Shown here: positions 47,586 to 56,858 of the stretch, piece after piece | Position numbering within the stretch: position 1 is the first letter of the stretch | Layout of the letters: every line of letters starts with the position of its first letter | Source: an uncultured Thermodesulfobacteriota bacterium | Lineage (GTDB): Bacteria > Desulfobacterota > GWC2-55-46 > JADFVP01 | Assembly (NCBI GenBank): GCA_964605225.1 | Contig: CAZSAY010000004.1 | Coordinates: forward strand, 1 to 60,658 | Reading direction: 5' to 3' | DNA length: 60,658 bases | The notes under the pieces: model-generated | What the model was told of the DNA's origin: nothing | Databases searched by the model: none | What the model saw: only the letters and a program-made list of their open reading frames with translations | Position numbers and translations under genes: made by a program

Positions 47586-49448
47586 TTATCTTTGGCGGCG
47601 GCGGCCGAGGATCTCTCGCACCTTGTCTCTTGCCGGGCCGTACGCCGGGTCCGAGGCAAGGGCCTTCTTGAATTCATTTAACGCATCTTCGTCCATGCCT
47701 CTGTCTTCGTATATTATGCCCATGTTGTAATGGGCATCGGCGCTGCGAGGCGCGAGCCTCAGGACCGCTCTGTAATGGACGATGGCGTTGGCGTAATCGC
47801 CGATCTCCTGATAGGTCCAGGCCAGGTTGTAGTGGGCGTCTTCATTTTTCGGGTCCTTGTCTATGGCCTGATTGTAAAAGTTGATGGCCTCTCTCCGTTG
47901 GCCCGCACTCTGGTATATCATGGCGATATTGTAGTATGTCATTGAGGCGGGCCTTAATCGCAGGGATATCATGTAGTGCTTTAGAGCCATCCGGTGGTCT
48001 CCCTTTTCCTCATAGATGAGGGCGGCGTTGTAGTGTGCGTCCTCTTTATCGGGCTTTATCCGGATGGCATCCTCATATAACTTCAGGGCCCGATCAAGGT
48101 CCCCTGCCTCTGCCCTGCCCTGAAGGACCCACCCGAGGTTGTAGAGCGCGTTGGGACTTGATGGGGATTTAATCACGGCATCGGACCAGAGGGAGTAGTC
48201 GCTTCGCCAGACAAAGGCCCTCTTTATGGAACCCGTTGAGTAGAGTAGCAGTATGAGGATGACGGCTGCGAGGTAAATGGTCTGATGCCCCTTTTTTCTT
48301 ACATTACCCTCATAGAACCTGAAGATCAGCAGGCCAATGCATGAGGCAAAACCCACGGTGGAGAGATAGAGGTAGCGATCGGCAAAACCCCCTACTGAGA
48401 GTATGGGCATGTAGAGCACCGGCAGAAGCGGTATTAGTATCCAGAGCAGGAAGAATATCGCGGACTTCTTTTTTCCGAAGAGATATATCAAGGCCCCAAA
48501 GACCGCGGCGGCGAGAAGGCCTGTTATGAACATGGGACTCAGGGCGGAGTGCACTGGCTCGAAGGAGTATATTACGCTAAGGCCCACTGGTACGATGAGT
48601 TTGCCAAGGTATCTCGCAACAAGGGGAAGTACGTTCAGTAGCCCTTCGTAAAAGCTCATATTAATGAGACGCATCTGCGTCATGCCCCCGAGGGCATAGG
48701 TCCTCATGGCCATATATAAGATGGCCGGTATGAGATAATAGAGGTAGACCTTCCAGCGTCTCATGGCCTTAAAACCAAGGCGGGTGAACTCGTAAAGCGG
48801 TATGATGATAATAAGCGCCATGGCCGTCTCTTTTGAGAGGAGTGCTACGGAGAAAGCGGCTACAGAGGCGGCGTAATATAAAGCGGCCCTGCCGCGAGTC
48901 CTATCGGCGAGAAGGTAGAGGATGAAGGAAGAGAGGACCATGAGTGTAAAGACAAGCTCTGGTATGGCCCCAACCCAGGCGACAACCTCGCTATTTATCG
49001 GATGGAGGGCGAAGACGAGAGCGGCGATAAAGGGTGCCACCAGCCTTCCCGGCCTCGTGGTATTTTGTCCCGGTGTTGGCCTCTCTTTTTTTGTGAGAAA
49101 AAGAGAGGCCAGGGTGAAGACGGCCACAGCGTTCATGGCGTGAAGCACGACGTTCACCAGGTGCCACGCCCAGGGCCTCAGCCCGAAGGCAAAGTACTCG
49201 GCCATGTAGACGAGGTAAAATACGGGCCGGTATGTATTGGAGGGCCGTCCATTTAGAAAACTCATGGTCGAGGAGGCAAAGAGGGCGGGGATCTTTCCGG
49301 CGTCTCTTATCCAGGGGTTATCGATTATCTGGACGTTGTCGTCGTAAACAAAAGCGCCCGTAAGGGTTATGGAGTAGATTAAAAGAGGTATGAGGAAGAC
49401 GAGAGAAGGGAGTACATACCGTGATCTTAAGATTCTTCTCTTTCGCAA
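47586..49448 (-). CDS. TMTC-like GT-C membrane glycosyltransferase with C-terminal TPRs
   Basis: FVYDDNVQI.DNP, YRPV, FALHPINSEVVAW, LLSKET, ADRYLYL, ~11 TM segments, then TPR array. Confidence 0.8.
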   Translation of the reverse strand: MRKRRILRSRYVLPSLVFLIPLLIYSITLTGAFVYDDNVQIIDNPWIRDAGKIPALFASSTMSFLNGRPSNTYRPVFYLVYMAEYFAFGLRPWAWHLVNVVLHAMNAVAVFTLASLFLTKKERPTPGQNTTRPGRLVAPFIAALVFALHPINSEVVAWVGAIPELVFTLMVLSSFILYLLADRTRGRAALYYAASVAAFSVALLSKETAMALIIIIPLYEFTRLGFKAMRRWKVYLYYLIPAILYMAMRTYALGGMTQMRLINMSFYEGLLNVLPLVARYLGKLIVPVGLSVIYSFEPVHSALSPMFITGLLAAAVFGALIYLFGKKKSAIFFLLWILIPLLPVLYMPILSVGGFADRYLYLSTVGFASCIGLLIFRFYEGNVRKKGHQTIYLAAVILILLLYSTGSIKRAFVWRSDYSLWSDAVIKSPSSPNALYNLGWVLQGRAEAGDLDRALKLYEDAIRIKPDKEDAHYNAALIYEEKGDHRMALKHYMISLRLRPASMTYYNIAMIYQSAGQRREAINFYNQAIDKDPKNEDAHYNLAWTYQEIGDYANAIVHYRAVLRLAPRSADAHYNMGIIYEDRGMDEDALNEFKKALASDPAYGPARDKVREILGRRRQR

Positions 49449-49451
49449 GTT

Positions 49452-49584
49452 TTAAACCTTCCCGCTTTCTTTTGGAAAAAAGAAAGCTTGGCAAAGAAAA
49501 CCAATAGGGGGTCGATAAGGGTTCTAACATCACCTGTGGCCGCCCTTGGATACTGCCGTTGCCCTGGCAAAGAAAACCAATAGG
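49452..49584 (-). repeat. Dispersed repeat copy E (core + unit + terminal hairpin)
   Basis: GGCAAAGAAAACCAATAGG twice (ending ~49508 and 49584); hairpin GCTTTCTTTT-GGAA-AAAAGAAAGC; ends just upstream of the TTG start at 49448. Confidence 0.9.
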
Positions 49585-49732
49585 CGTAAAGCCGCTTGTG
49601 ACGATAGTGGCTTTACTTAACTACATATTATAACTTATCATTATACTTAAATACAAGGATTGTCCGCATTTGTTTTTTAGGTTTTTTAGTATAAACTGTG
49701 CTGAGAGGGGGGGTAATGCCAGTGATTTTCCT

Positions 49733-52453
49733 ATGAGAGTGGAATACGCCAAAGAGCGGATAAAATTTTTTGATAATCTTCCCGGGAATATTGAGGCGAT
49801 ACATAGCGGTGCCCTCTGTTCCATATCCCCTGAGGGTTTAAGGTTTAAGCACGGCCATACCATCGCGGAGCTCAAGGTGCCTTATCATCTTGGTTCTGAC
49901 GATGAGGCTGTGTGCAAGGATGGCGTACTGGGGCTTGCGGCCCTTATCAGAAGCCGCTACGAATCTTTGAAACAAGCGCTTAAGGAAGCGGACTCACCCA
50001 GGGAGGGAGGTATTTATGTTAAGATACCGCAGCTACGAGAAAAAACCTTACGACTTGATATATTCGCCGCTCAATCCTTTGAGAGAGCCCTCGCGGCCAG
50101 AATACTTGAGAATACACCCTATGTTGACAGCGCCGTTCTTTACGCATGGCTCAGTCCCGGCGAGAGCGGCCATGAGTTTGTAAAGTGGCTTAGGGCCATC
50201 TTGAAAAAGGCCCGTAGCGACGAACTGCGCCACGGCCAATCTGAACATACCTCCTACCTGACGCTTCTCGCGCTTATTAAAACCATGCGTAAACATCAGA
50301 AAAACCTCAAGGATTTCCGCATACAAGGTCTTGCCTACGATAAGCTCGATCTCGCGGTAGGACTCACTTTTTTTCACCTCTTCTGCGCTATTATCGAGGA
50401 GCTTACAGGGGGATGGAGCGAGAACGATGGCCTCGGAGTTGTGCTGAGGTCGGCCCTTCTTCCAGAGCATTTTTTAAGCGTAAGATCCGGCATCCTCAAT
50501 ACCTCCCATAATCCCTACGGGCTCTCCATGGATACACTTGAGGCCCTGCGGCCGCTCATGGTTCCCCTTACGGACAATATTGAGTCCATGGGTCTTCTTG
50601 TTACAGAGGGGGTAAAGCGCGTAAGGAACGATAAGGCGGTTTTGAGGGCGGTCATAAGGCAGATAAAGTTAAGGCGCTTCAGGCAAAAGGCCCTTGAGTA
50701 TATGAAGTCATTCGATGTCCCCGATATAGATCTGCGCAAAGAGCTTTCCGAGCTCTATAACGAGGACCGGCTTATCTCCAACCTGATCAAGGATGGGAGA
50801 AAGGCCTCTACCCTTGCGGCCTCTCTTGAGGCGCAGCAAAAGGTAGTTGAAAAAGACCATGACCGCGCCGGCAAGCTCGGGGAAATTCGAGCTATTGTAC
50901 TTGAGCTGAGCAAAAAGAGGTCTCTATTTGGGGGGTTTGCAGGAGGCGGCAAGGAGGAGGAAAACGCCGAGATAGCCTCCGTCTTAGAAGGTTACTATGC
51001 CTTTGTACTTGACGAAATGGTTAAAGAGACCGTTGACCTTATGATGGACATACTTGTAGATAGGCGGCTGAAGCTCTCCAACAAGATGCTTCGTGATGAA
51101 TACCTGAAAGGTCAGATATACCGTTTTTCCACTGATAAGAGGGCCATGATAAAGACCCTTCATTCCAGGGAGGAGGGACAACTCTTTGTGGACATGAAGG
51201 ATTTCACCCGTAAGACGCATAATGTCAAAGAACTGGCCATGGCTGATTTCATGAAGGAATACTTCTTTAAGCCCATACTGGACGCCGCAGGGGGATATAC
51301 CGACGGGGAGGGGTTCAGCGAGGATGAGATGGGGATAAGGCTTACGAATATCCCCGGTGACGCCATTATCTTTTCAGGCGGCATGAGGCGCCTTGTGGCC
51401 CTTGCCCATGATATTCAGAGGATAATAAGCGAGTCGGGCAAGGCCCTGGAGAGAAGGCTACCGCCTGGAAGCGGCAGGGAAGCCCTTGAGGGGGTTCACC
51501 AGAGGTTCGAGGAGCGCAAAGCGGCAATCAGGAAGAAGAGGCTTGAGACGATAACCGGGATAGGGGACGGCAAGGAGGACTCGGCCGAGGCCATCTTGAG
51601 GATAGGCGAGGAAGAGAGCCGTCTTGAGAGAATATATAAAGACGAACTTGCGGCGGCCATCAAGCATGAGATGGAGGCGGGGCTCTTTATAACATATGGC
51701 GCCAGGGCCGAGGTAATAGATCTCGGATTTTCCAGGGGCTACAAGGGGCCTGTTAACGTCTCCATAGGAGAAAAGATAAACGAGGCCTCGCGCGGCACCT
51801 TCCGTCACCCCATGGTCAAGGCCTTTCTGGAGATACTTCTCTCAGGAGAGAGGGAGAGGCGGAGAAACAGGGAGCTCAAATACCCCTTTGATGTGTATAT
51901 CCATACGGCCTATACGCTGAGGATGCCTCCGGAGATCGAGCACGCATTTGAAAAACTCATCTCCGGGCAAAAGCTATCAAACGCCAGGGCCCTTACCAGG
52001 CTTATTACGGAGAACTATCTCAAGGACTTCGAGAAGATAATCGCCGGTGAGTCCTTCTCCGAGTTAAGGCTTATTACATCTATTACGGATATATACAACA
52101 AGGGGCAGGCCCTTAGCGATGAGGCCCTTGGCGCATACATAAAAGAGAGCAGGGGGGAGAAGTCTTTTTTAAGGAAGATAATCTGTAGAGATGATCTGCA
52201 TGAATCCATAAAAGGGGCCTTTTTTCTCCCACAGGAACGGATGGAGTTTATCTATAGCGCAAATCTTGATAAGGCCCCGGTGGAACTCTTTTACCGCGCC
52301 GGGGAGCTCATCTTCCGTGGTTTTGAGGCGGAGCCGCCAAGGGAGGTATACGAGATGCTGAACCCTGAAGGCGAGTTTTTCGCGGCTATCAAAGAGCATC
52401 ACCTCAAGGACTGGATTGAAGAGGCAAGGGAGGCAGGCGAAGAGCCCCTCTGA
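49733..52453 (+). CDS. Large cytoplasmic protein with a class III nucleotidyl-cyclase-like domain
   Basis: LFVDMKDFT, IPGDAII, EAGLFITYG, SIGEKINEASR match the order of class III cyclase motifs; start set at MRVEY. Confidence 0.65.
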   Translation: MRVEYAKERIKFFDNLPGNIEAIHSGALCSISPEGLRFKHGHTIAELKVPYHLGSDDEAVCKDGVLGLAALIRSRYESLKQALKEADSPREGGIYVKIPQLREKTLRLDIFAAQSFERALAARILENTPYVDSAVLYAWLSPGESGHEFVKWLRAILKKARSDELRHGQSEHTSYLTLLALIKTMRKHQKNLKDFRIQGLAYDKLDLAVGLTFFHLFCAIIEELTGGWSENDGLGVVLRSALLPEHFLSVRSGILNTSHNPYGLSMDTLEALRPLMVPLTDNIESMGLLVTEGVKRVRNDKAVLRAVIRQIKLRRFRQKALEYMKSFDVPDIDLRKELSELYNEDRLISNLIKDGRKASTLAASLEAQQKVVEKDHDRAGKLGEIRAIVLELSKKRSLFGGFAGGGKEEENAEIASVLEGYYAFVLDEMVKETVDLMMDILVDRRLKLSNKMLRDEYLKGQIYRFSTDKRAMIKTLHSREEGQLFVDMKDFTRKTHNVKELAMADFMKEYFFKPILDAAGGYTDGEGFSEDEMGIRLTNIPGDAIIFSGGMRRLVALAHDIQRIISESGKALERRLPPGSGREALEGVHQRFEERKAAIRKKRLETITGIGDGKEDSAEAILRIGEEESRLERIYKDELAAAIKHEMEAGLFITYGARAEVIDLGFSRGYKGPVNVSIGEKINEASRGTFRHPMVKAFLEILLSGERERRRNRELKYPFDVYIHTAYTLRMPPEIEHAFEKLISGQKLSNARALTRLITENYLKDFEKIIAGESFSELRLITSITDIYNKGQALSDEALGAYIKESRGEKSFLRKIICRDDLHESIKGAFFLPQERMEFIYSANLDKAPVELFYRAGELIFRGFEAEPPREVYEMLNPEGEFFAAIKEHHLKDWIEEAREAGEEPL

Positions 52454-52465
52454 AAAATATCCATA

Positions 52466-53338
52466 TCAGAGGACCTCGTTCATGCTCCCCGTTCTGTAAC
52501 CCTCAAGGTCCATTGTGACGTAAACAAAACCAAGTTCTTTCATGGCCCTTGTGATGGCCGTTCTTGAGTTTTCCTCAAGGAGGCGGCCCATCTCATCGGG
52601 GCTGGTCTCTATTCTCACCGTATTGCCGTGGTACCTTACCCTGAACTGGACAAACCCCAGCTCCCTCATGTATTGCTCCGCCCGGGCTACCTGCAAAAGC
52701 CTCTCTTCCGTAATATCCGTTCCATAGGGAAACCTTGATGATAGGCAGGCCATGGCGGGCTTGTCCCATGTGGATAGCCCTCTATCCCGGCTGATGGCCC
52801 GAATATTTTTTTTTGTGAGCCCGGCTTCACGTAGAGGGCTCCTTACGCCGAGTTCCCGCGCGGCCTCGCCGCCGGGCCTGTAGTCTTTTAGGTCGTCAAG
52901 ATTGGCCCCGTCGGCAAGGTGGGAGATACCAAGGGCGCGGGCCTCTTTCAAGGCGATTTTAAAGAGTTCATTTTTGCAGTGATAACATCTTTCCGGCGTA
53001 TTGGCGGAAAAACCCGGTATCTCCAGCTCATTTGATTGGGTGATAATATGATTTACGCCCATCTCTCTCGCAATCCTCACGGCCTCCTCGAACTCATGGG
53101 CCGGGTACGTGGGGGAGGTCGCCGTAATGGCTACGGCTTTGTCGCCGAGCACCTTTACCGCCGTCTGCAGGAGCAGTGTAGAGTCAACGCCTCCCGAGAA
53201 GGCCACCATAAGAGAACCCATATCCCTTATAATTGCCTCAAGTCTATGTAGTTTTGCAAGGGTCTCGTCGTCTAACCCTCTTATATCGGGGACTTTCGCC
53301 GGAGTCGACCTGGCAAGGTTTCCTTCTTTTATCCGCAT
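52466..53338 (-). CDS. larE: LarE-family ATP-dependent sulfur transferase
   Basis: AFSGGVDS PP-loop, RCYHCK, DGANLDD..DYRPG, PAMACLSSRFPYG, RVRYHG, GYRTGSMN. Confidence 0.9.
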   Translation of the reverse strand: MRIKEGNLARSTPAKVPDIRGLDDETLAKLHRLEAIIRDMGSLMVAFSGGVDSTLLLQTAVKVLGDKAVAITATSPTYPAHEFEEAVRIAREMGVNHIITQSNELEIPGFSANTPERCYHCKNELFKIALKEARALGISHLADGANLDDLKDYRPGGEAARELGVRSPLREAGLTKKNIRAISRDRGLSTWDKPAMACLSSRFPYGTDITEERLLQVARAEQYMRELGFVQFRVRYHGNTVRIETSPDEMGRLLEENSRTAITRAMKELGFVYVTMDLEGYRTGSMNEVL

Positions 53339-54342
53339 ACCCTTGCCTCCTGTAGCTCCTCTTCTGTTACGGCCCTTTGGGGGGTAAACTCCTCGGTTTT
53401 GCCCTTAAAGGATACCTTTATCCTCTTATCTTCCCCGGCCTTGGCCGAGGCATAACGGAGGATAAGCCCGCCGGCAAATTGGCGCAGGCACTCATTTGCT
53501 TTGCCGGCGATGACTACAAGGGGGCCTGGAAAATCAACGGGCTCAAAGGCCATGTACTCAGGGGTGATGAGGGATTTGAGCTTCGCGTTGTCGGCCTCGT
53601 CCCGGCCTACCACTATCTTAAAGCCCTCATGGCGTAGATGCCTTCCCGTCTTTAGAAGCAGGAGGTCTCTTTTTTCTATCTTTTCCTTATTATCAAAGAG
53701 ATCCCGAACCTTCTTGGAGAAGGTGGCATCCGTCAGGAGGCATCCCCCCGAGGGGCAGGGATAGTCGTTTACACCGAGCTCCTCGGCAAGATCCATCTGC
53801 GGCCTTCTGCCCCGTCCCGCTACGGAGAGGAGTTTTTCCCTGTCTACAAGGCCCTCTTTTTCCGCTATCGTAGGCTCGAGATGACCGGCGCAGAGGGGGC
53901 GCAGGATAAGGCCGGTAAGGCCGCTATCACGCTCGATTATCCTCATGCTGTCACGACGCTGGCTCATGGGCCTCTGTCCGAGGACCTCGCCGGTGAGGAT
54001 GAAAGAGGCCCCTATCTCATCCATGTATTTTTTCGCCGCCTTAAACATGTATATGCGGCAGTCCACGCAGGGGTTCATTCCCTTGCCGTAGCCATGGGCC
54101 GGCGCTCGCACTACATCCATATAGTCATCGCCCTTTACGATAACCTTTATGGGTATGCCGAACTCTTCGGCTACGCGCCTCGATTCGCTCTTACAGCCCC
54201 CGGCCTTTCTCGCGCTCGTCGTGCATGTGCAGAAAGCCGATGTGAAGTTAAGTGCATGGACCTCAATGCCCTGGTCTATTATCATCTTTACGGCAAGTGT
54301 GCTGTCAAGTCCCCCTGAGAGCAGGGCCACTGCTTTTGTCAT
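53329..54342 (-). CDS. PP-loop tRNA-sulfurtransferase-like protein (ThiI/MnmA-like, no THUMP domain)
   Basis: ALLSGGLDS, NPCVDCR, TGEVLGQRPMSQ, PSGGCLLTD, GRHLR...GRDEADN. Confidence 0.75.
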   Translation of the reverse strand: MTKAVALLSGGLDSTLAVKMIIDQGIEVHALNFTSAFCTCTTSARKAGGCKSESRRVAEEFGIPIKVIVKGDDYMDVVRAPAHGYGKGMNPCVDCRIYMFKAAKKYMDEIGASFILTGEVLGQRPMSQRRDSMRIIERDSGLTGLILRPLCAGHLEPTIAEKEGLVDREKLLSVAGRGRRPQMDLAEELGVNDYPCPSGGCLLTDATFSKKVRDLFDNKEKIEKRDLLLLKTGRHLRHEGFKIVVGRDEADNAKLKSLITPEYMAFEPVDFPGPLVVIAGKANECLRQFAGGLILRYASAKAGEDKRIKVSFKGKTEEFTPQRAVTEEELQEARVCG

Positions 54343-54437
54343 ATTGAGTTATCTCTCCTTTTTGATCTTTTTCCGCACCTTATCCTCTGTATTTGTTATG
54401 GGCCGGAGGGTAAAGTCCTTGTAATTTAATTAATATA

Positions 54438-54466
54438 ATTATACTGTGAATAGCAAGTAAAATCAA
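54438..54466 (-). promoter_or_regulatory. Sigma70-like promoter for the sulfurtransferase-larE pair
   Basis: Minus strand TTGATT - 17 nt - TATAAT. Confidence 0.5.
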
Positions 54467-54474
54467 AGGGGCCG

Positions 54475-55575
54475 TTGGAAGAGGGGGCCATTAACCCGCT
54501 AAGGGGATTGTTGGATTTGAAGAAAGAGAGACTTGTAAGCCTATTATTAGTGGCCCTTATCGGGTACCTTACTTACCGGATGATGGCCCCTTTCTTTATC
54601 CCCGTCTTCTGGGCCGTGATTTTTGTAATACTCTTCCACCCCTTTTACGTCTGGATACTTCGCCGCCTGAGGGTAAAGGCGGCCGCCTCGGCGCTTACCT
54701 GTATCATCATAGCCTTATTTTTTTTAGTGCCCATGATTATTCTCGCCGCCATGCTTACAAAGGAGGCCCTGGACCTTTACCTCGGGGCGCAGCACTATGT
54801 TGCCAACCACGTGGCAGGCCCCGAGGGTGCGCACTTTTTTTTATTAAAGGACCTTCAGGATTTTCTTGAAAGGTATGTACATATCTCTACCATGGATCTT
54901 CGGAAAATCTTCGCCACCGCCTTACAGCAGGTGAGCGGCTACGTTGTACCCGGCCTGAAGGGCGCTGTCAGTAATTTTGCCCAGCTCTTTATCAACATTG
55001 TCCTCGCCTTTTTTACCATGTTCTTTCTCTTCATGGAGAGCGGCCGTCTTCTTGAACTCCTGAGGGATCTGCTCCCATTAAGCGCGGAGCGAAAGGCCGA
55101 GGTCATCGCGAAGAACCGTCTTATCATCACCGCCACCCTTACGGGCGGCGTCCTTGTAGGCGCCCTGCAGGGGGCGCTTGGAGGGCTTGCCTTCTGGTTT
55201 CTTGGCATTTCCTCGCCTTTCTTATGGGGTTTTGTCATGTTTATCACCTCATTTCTACCTGGCATCGGGACCCTTGCCGTTGTAATACCCGCCATAATAT
55301 ACCTCCTCATACAGGGGGCCATGGTCAAGGCGCTTATTCTTTTGATATGGGGCGCCCTTGTCATAGGCCTCGTAGACAATCTCCTCCGGCCTATTATCAT
55401 AAGCGGCAAGACTCATCAGCACCCCCTACTGCTTTTTTTCAGCGTACTCGGGGCGGTGCACGCCTTTGGTTTCATAGGGATAATAGCAGGCCCCATTATA
55501 CTGAGCCTTGCCCAATCCGCCCTTGATATATACAGGATGACCTTAAAAGAGGGGCCGGGAGAGGGGTCTCGCTGA
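54475..55575 (+). CDS. AI-2E family transporter
   Basis: PFFIPVFWA...HP, VDNLLRPIII, HPLLLFFSVLG...FG.IG.IAGP. Confidence 0.9.
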   Translation: MEEGAINPLRGLLDLKKERLVSLLLVALIGYLTYRMMAPFFIPVFWAVIFVILFHPFYVWILRRLRVKAAASALTCIIIALFFLVPMIILAAMLTKEALDLYLGAQHYVANHVAGPEGAHFFLLKDLQDFLERYVHISTMDLRKIFATALQQVSGYVVPGLKGAVSNFAQLFINIVLAFFTMFFLFMESGRLLELLRDLLPLSAERKAEVIAKNRLIITATLTGGVLVGALQGALGGLAFWFLGISSPFLWGFVMFITSFLPGIGTLAVVIPAIIYLLIQGAMVKALILLIWGALVIGLVDNLLRPIIISGKTHQHPLLLFFSVLGAVHAFGFIGIIAGPIILSLAQSALDIYRMTLKEGPGEGSR

Positions 55576-55576
55576 T

Positions 55577-56458
55577 ATGAAGAGGCTATTTGCCGGCAGA
55601 AGACCTTTTTTATCACAGAGAACGCGAAGGTTTGTGCCGCTTTTTCTTTTTTTTACTACGCTCTTTACCACGATTATGGCAGGGGCCCTCTATCAGGGCG
55701 CCGAGATATTTCATCACCCGCGAGAGCTCCTTTTGGGGCTACCCTTTTCCATCTCCCTTATCCTTATCCTCGGCACCCATGAGCTTGGCCACTACATAGC
55801 CGCAAAGAGGCATGACGTCCTGACAACGTGGCCTCTTTTTATCCCCGCCCCGCCCATCCCCCCGATGATAGGGACCTTCGGCGCGGTGATAAGGATAAAA
55901 TCCCCTATTACGGCAAAGAACGCCCTTGTGGATATCGGCGCCGCCGGGCCTCTCGCGGGTTTTGTAATGGCATGTATCGTAACATACATGGGGCTCCGAT
56001 CCTCTGCCATTACGCCTGTCATGCACGGCACGGGCGCCATGGGCCTTGGCTCGTCCCTTGTCTTCAAGGGGCTTACCTACCTGGCCGTCGGAGCGGTGCC
56101 GCAGGGGTTCGATGTCTTCCTTGGCCCCGTGGCCTTTGCCGGTTGGATAGGTTTTTTTGTTACTGCCATGAACCTCCTGCCCCTTGGTCAGCTTGACGGC
56201 GGTCATGTAATGTATGCCCTTCTTGGTGAGCGGCAGAGGCCCATTTCCCTGATGCTCGTGGTTGTCATGGCCGTGCTTGGCTACCTCACATGGCCGGGCT
56301 GGTTTATCTGGGCGGCCCTTATCTCCATTATAGGGCTCAGGCACCCGCCCATTCAGGACCATCACATCGCCATGGACAACAGGAGAAAGCTCACCGCTAT
56401 AGCCTCCATAGTGGTTTTTGTATTGACTTTCATGCCAACGCCATTTTATATTGTTTAA
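55577..56458 (+). CDS. Site-2 protease (M50 family)
   Basis: HELGH (HExxH), AGPLAG, NLLPLGQLDGG. Confidence 0.92.
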   Translation: MKRLFAGRRPFLSQRTRRFVPLFLFFTTLFTTIMAGALYQGAEIFHHPRELLLGLPFSISLILILGTHELGHYIAAKRHDVLTTWPLFIPAPPIPPMIGTFGAVIRIKSPITAKNALVDIGAAGPLAGFVMACIVTYMGLRSSAITPVMHGTGAMGLGSSLVFKGLTYLAVGAVPQGFDVFLGPVAFAGWIGFFVTAMNLLPLGQLDGGHVMYALLGERQRPISLMLVVVMAVLGYLTWPGWFIWAALISIIGLRHPPIQDHHIAMDNRRKLTAIASIVVFVLTFMPTPFYIV

Positions 56459-56461
56459 ATC

Positions 56462-56695
56462 ATGAAAAAATTCACGGAAGAAGAACTCAAAAAATTCGAT
56501 GGCTCCAATGCGGGAGACCCCATATATTTTGCCTACAAGGGTAAGGTATACGACGCCACCAAGAGCCCTCTCTTTGTTGAAGGCATGCACTTTGAGCATT
56601 ATGCCGGCTGTGACCTTACTCCCTACATGGAGGACGCGCCTCACGATGACGAGGTCATTGAGGAGCTTACCGCGGTTGGAGAGTACGAAGAATAA
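56462..56695 (+). CDS. Cytochrome b5-like heme/steroid-binding protein
   Basis: FTEEELKKFDG, YKGKVYD, H...H.AG.DLT, APH. Confidence 0.88.
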   Translation: MKKFTEEELKKFDGSNAGDPIYFAYKGKVYDATKSPLFVEGMHFEHYAGCDLTPYMEDAPHDDEVIEELTAVGEYEE

Positions 56696-56700
56696 GGTGG

Positions 56701-56742
56701 GGGCTTGCCGATGGCCTGCCCGGTGACGGAAGCCCTTTTTTT
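56701..56742 (+). terminator. Intrinsic terminator-like hairpin
   Basis: GGGCTTGCCG...CGGAAGCCC followed by T7. Confidence 0.55.
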
Positions 56743-56858
56743 GCAGGCGGGATGACCTCGTTGAGTGGCTGTTCCGGACGAGGGGTTTTCTCTGTCTTGT
56801 CCGGTGTCGTCATCTCCCGGGTCAGGGTCTGGCCTCTGTCCTGTGATGGGGTATCGCC

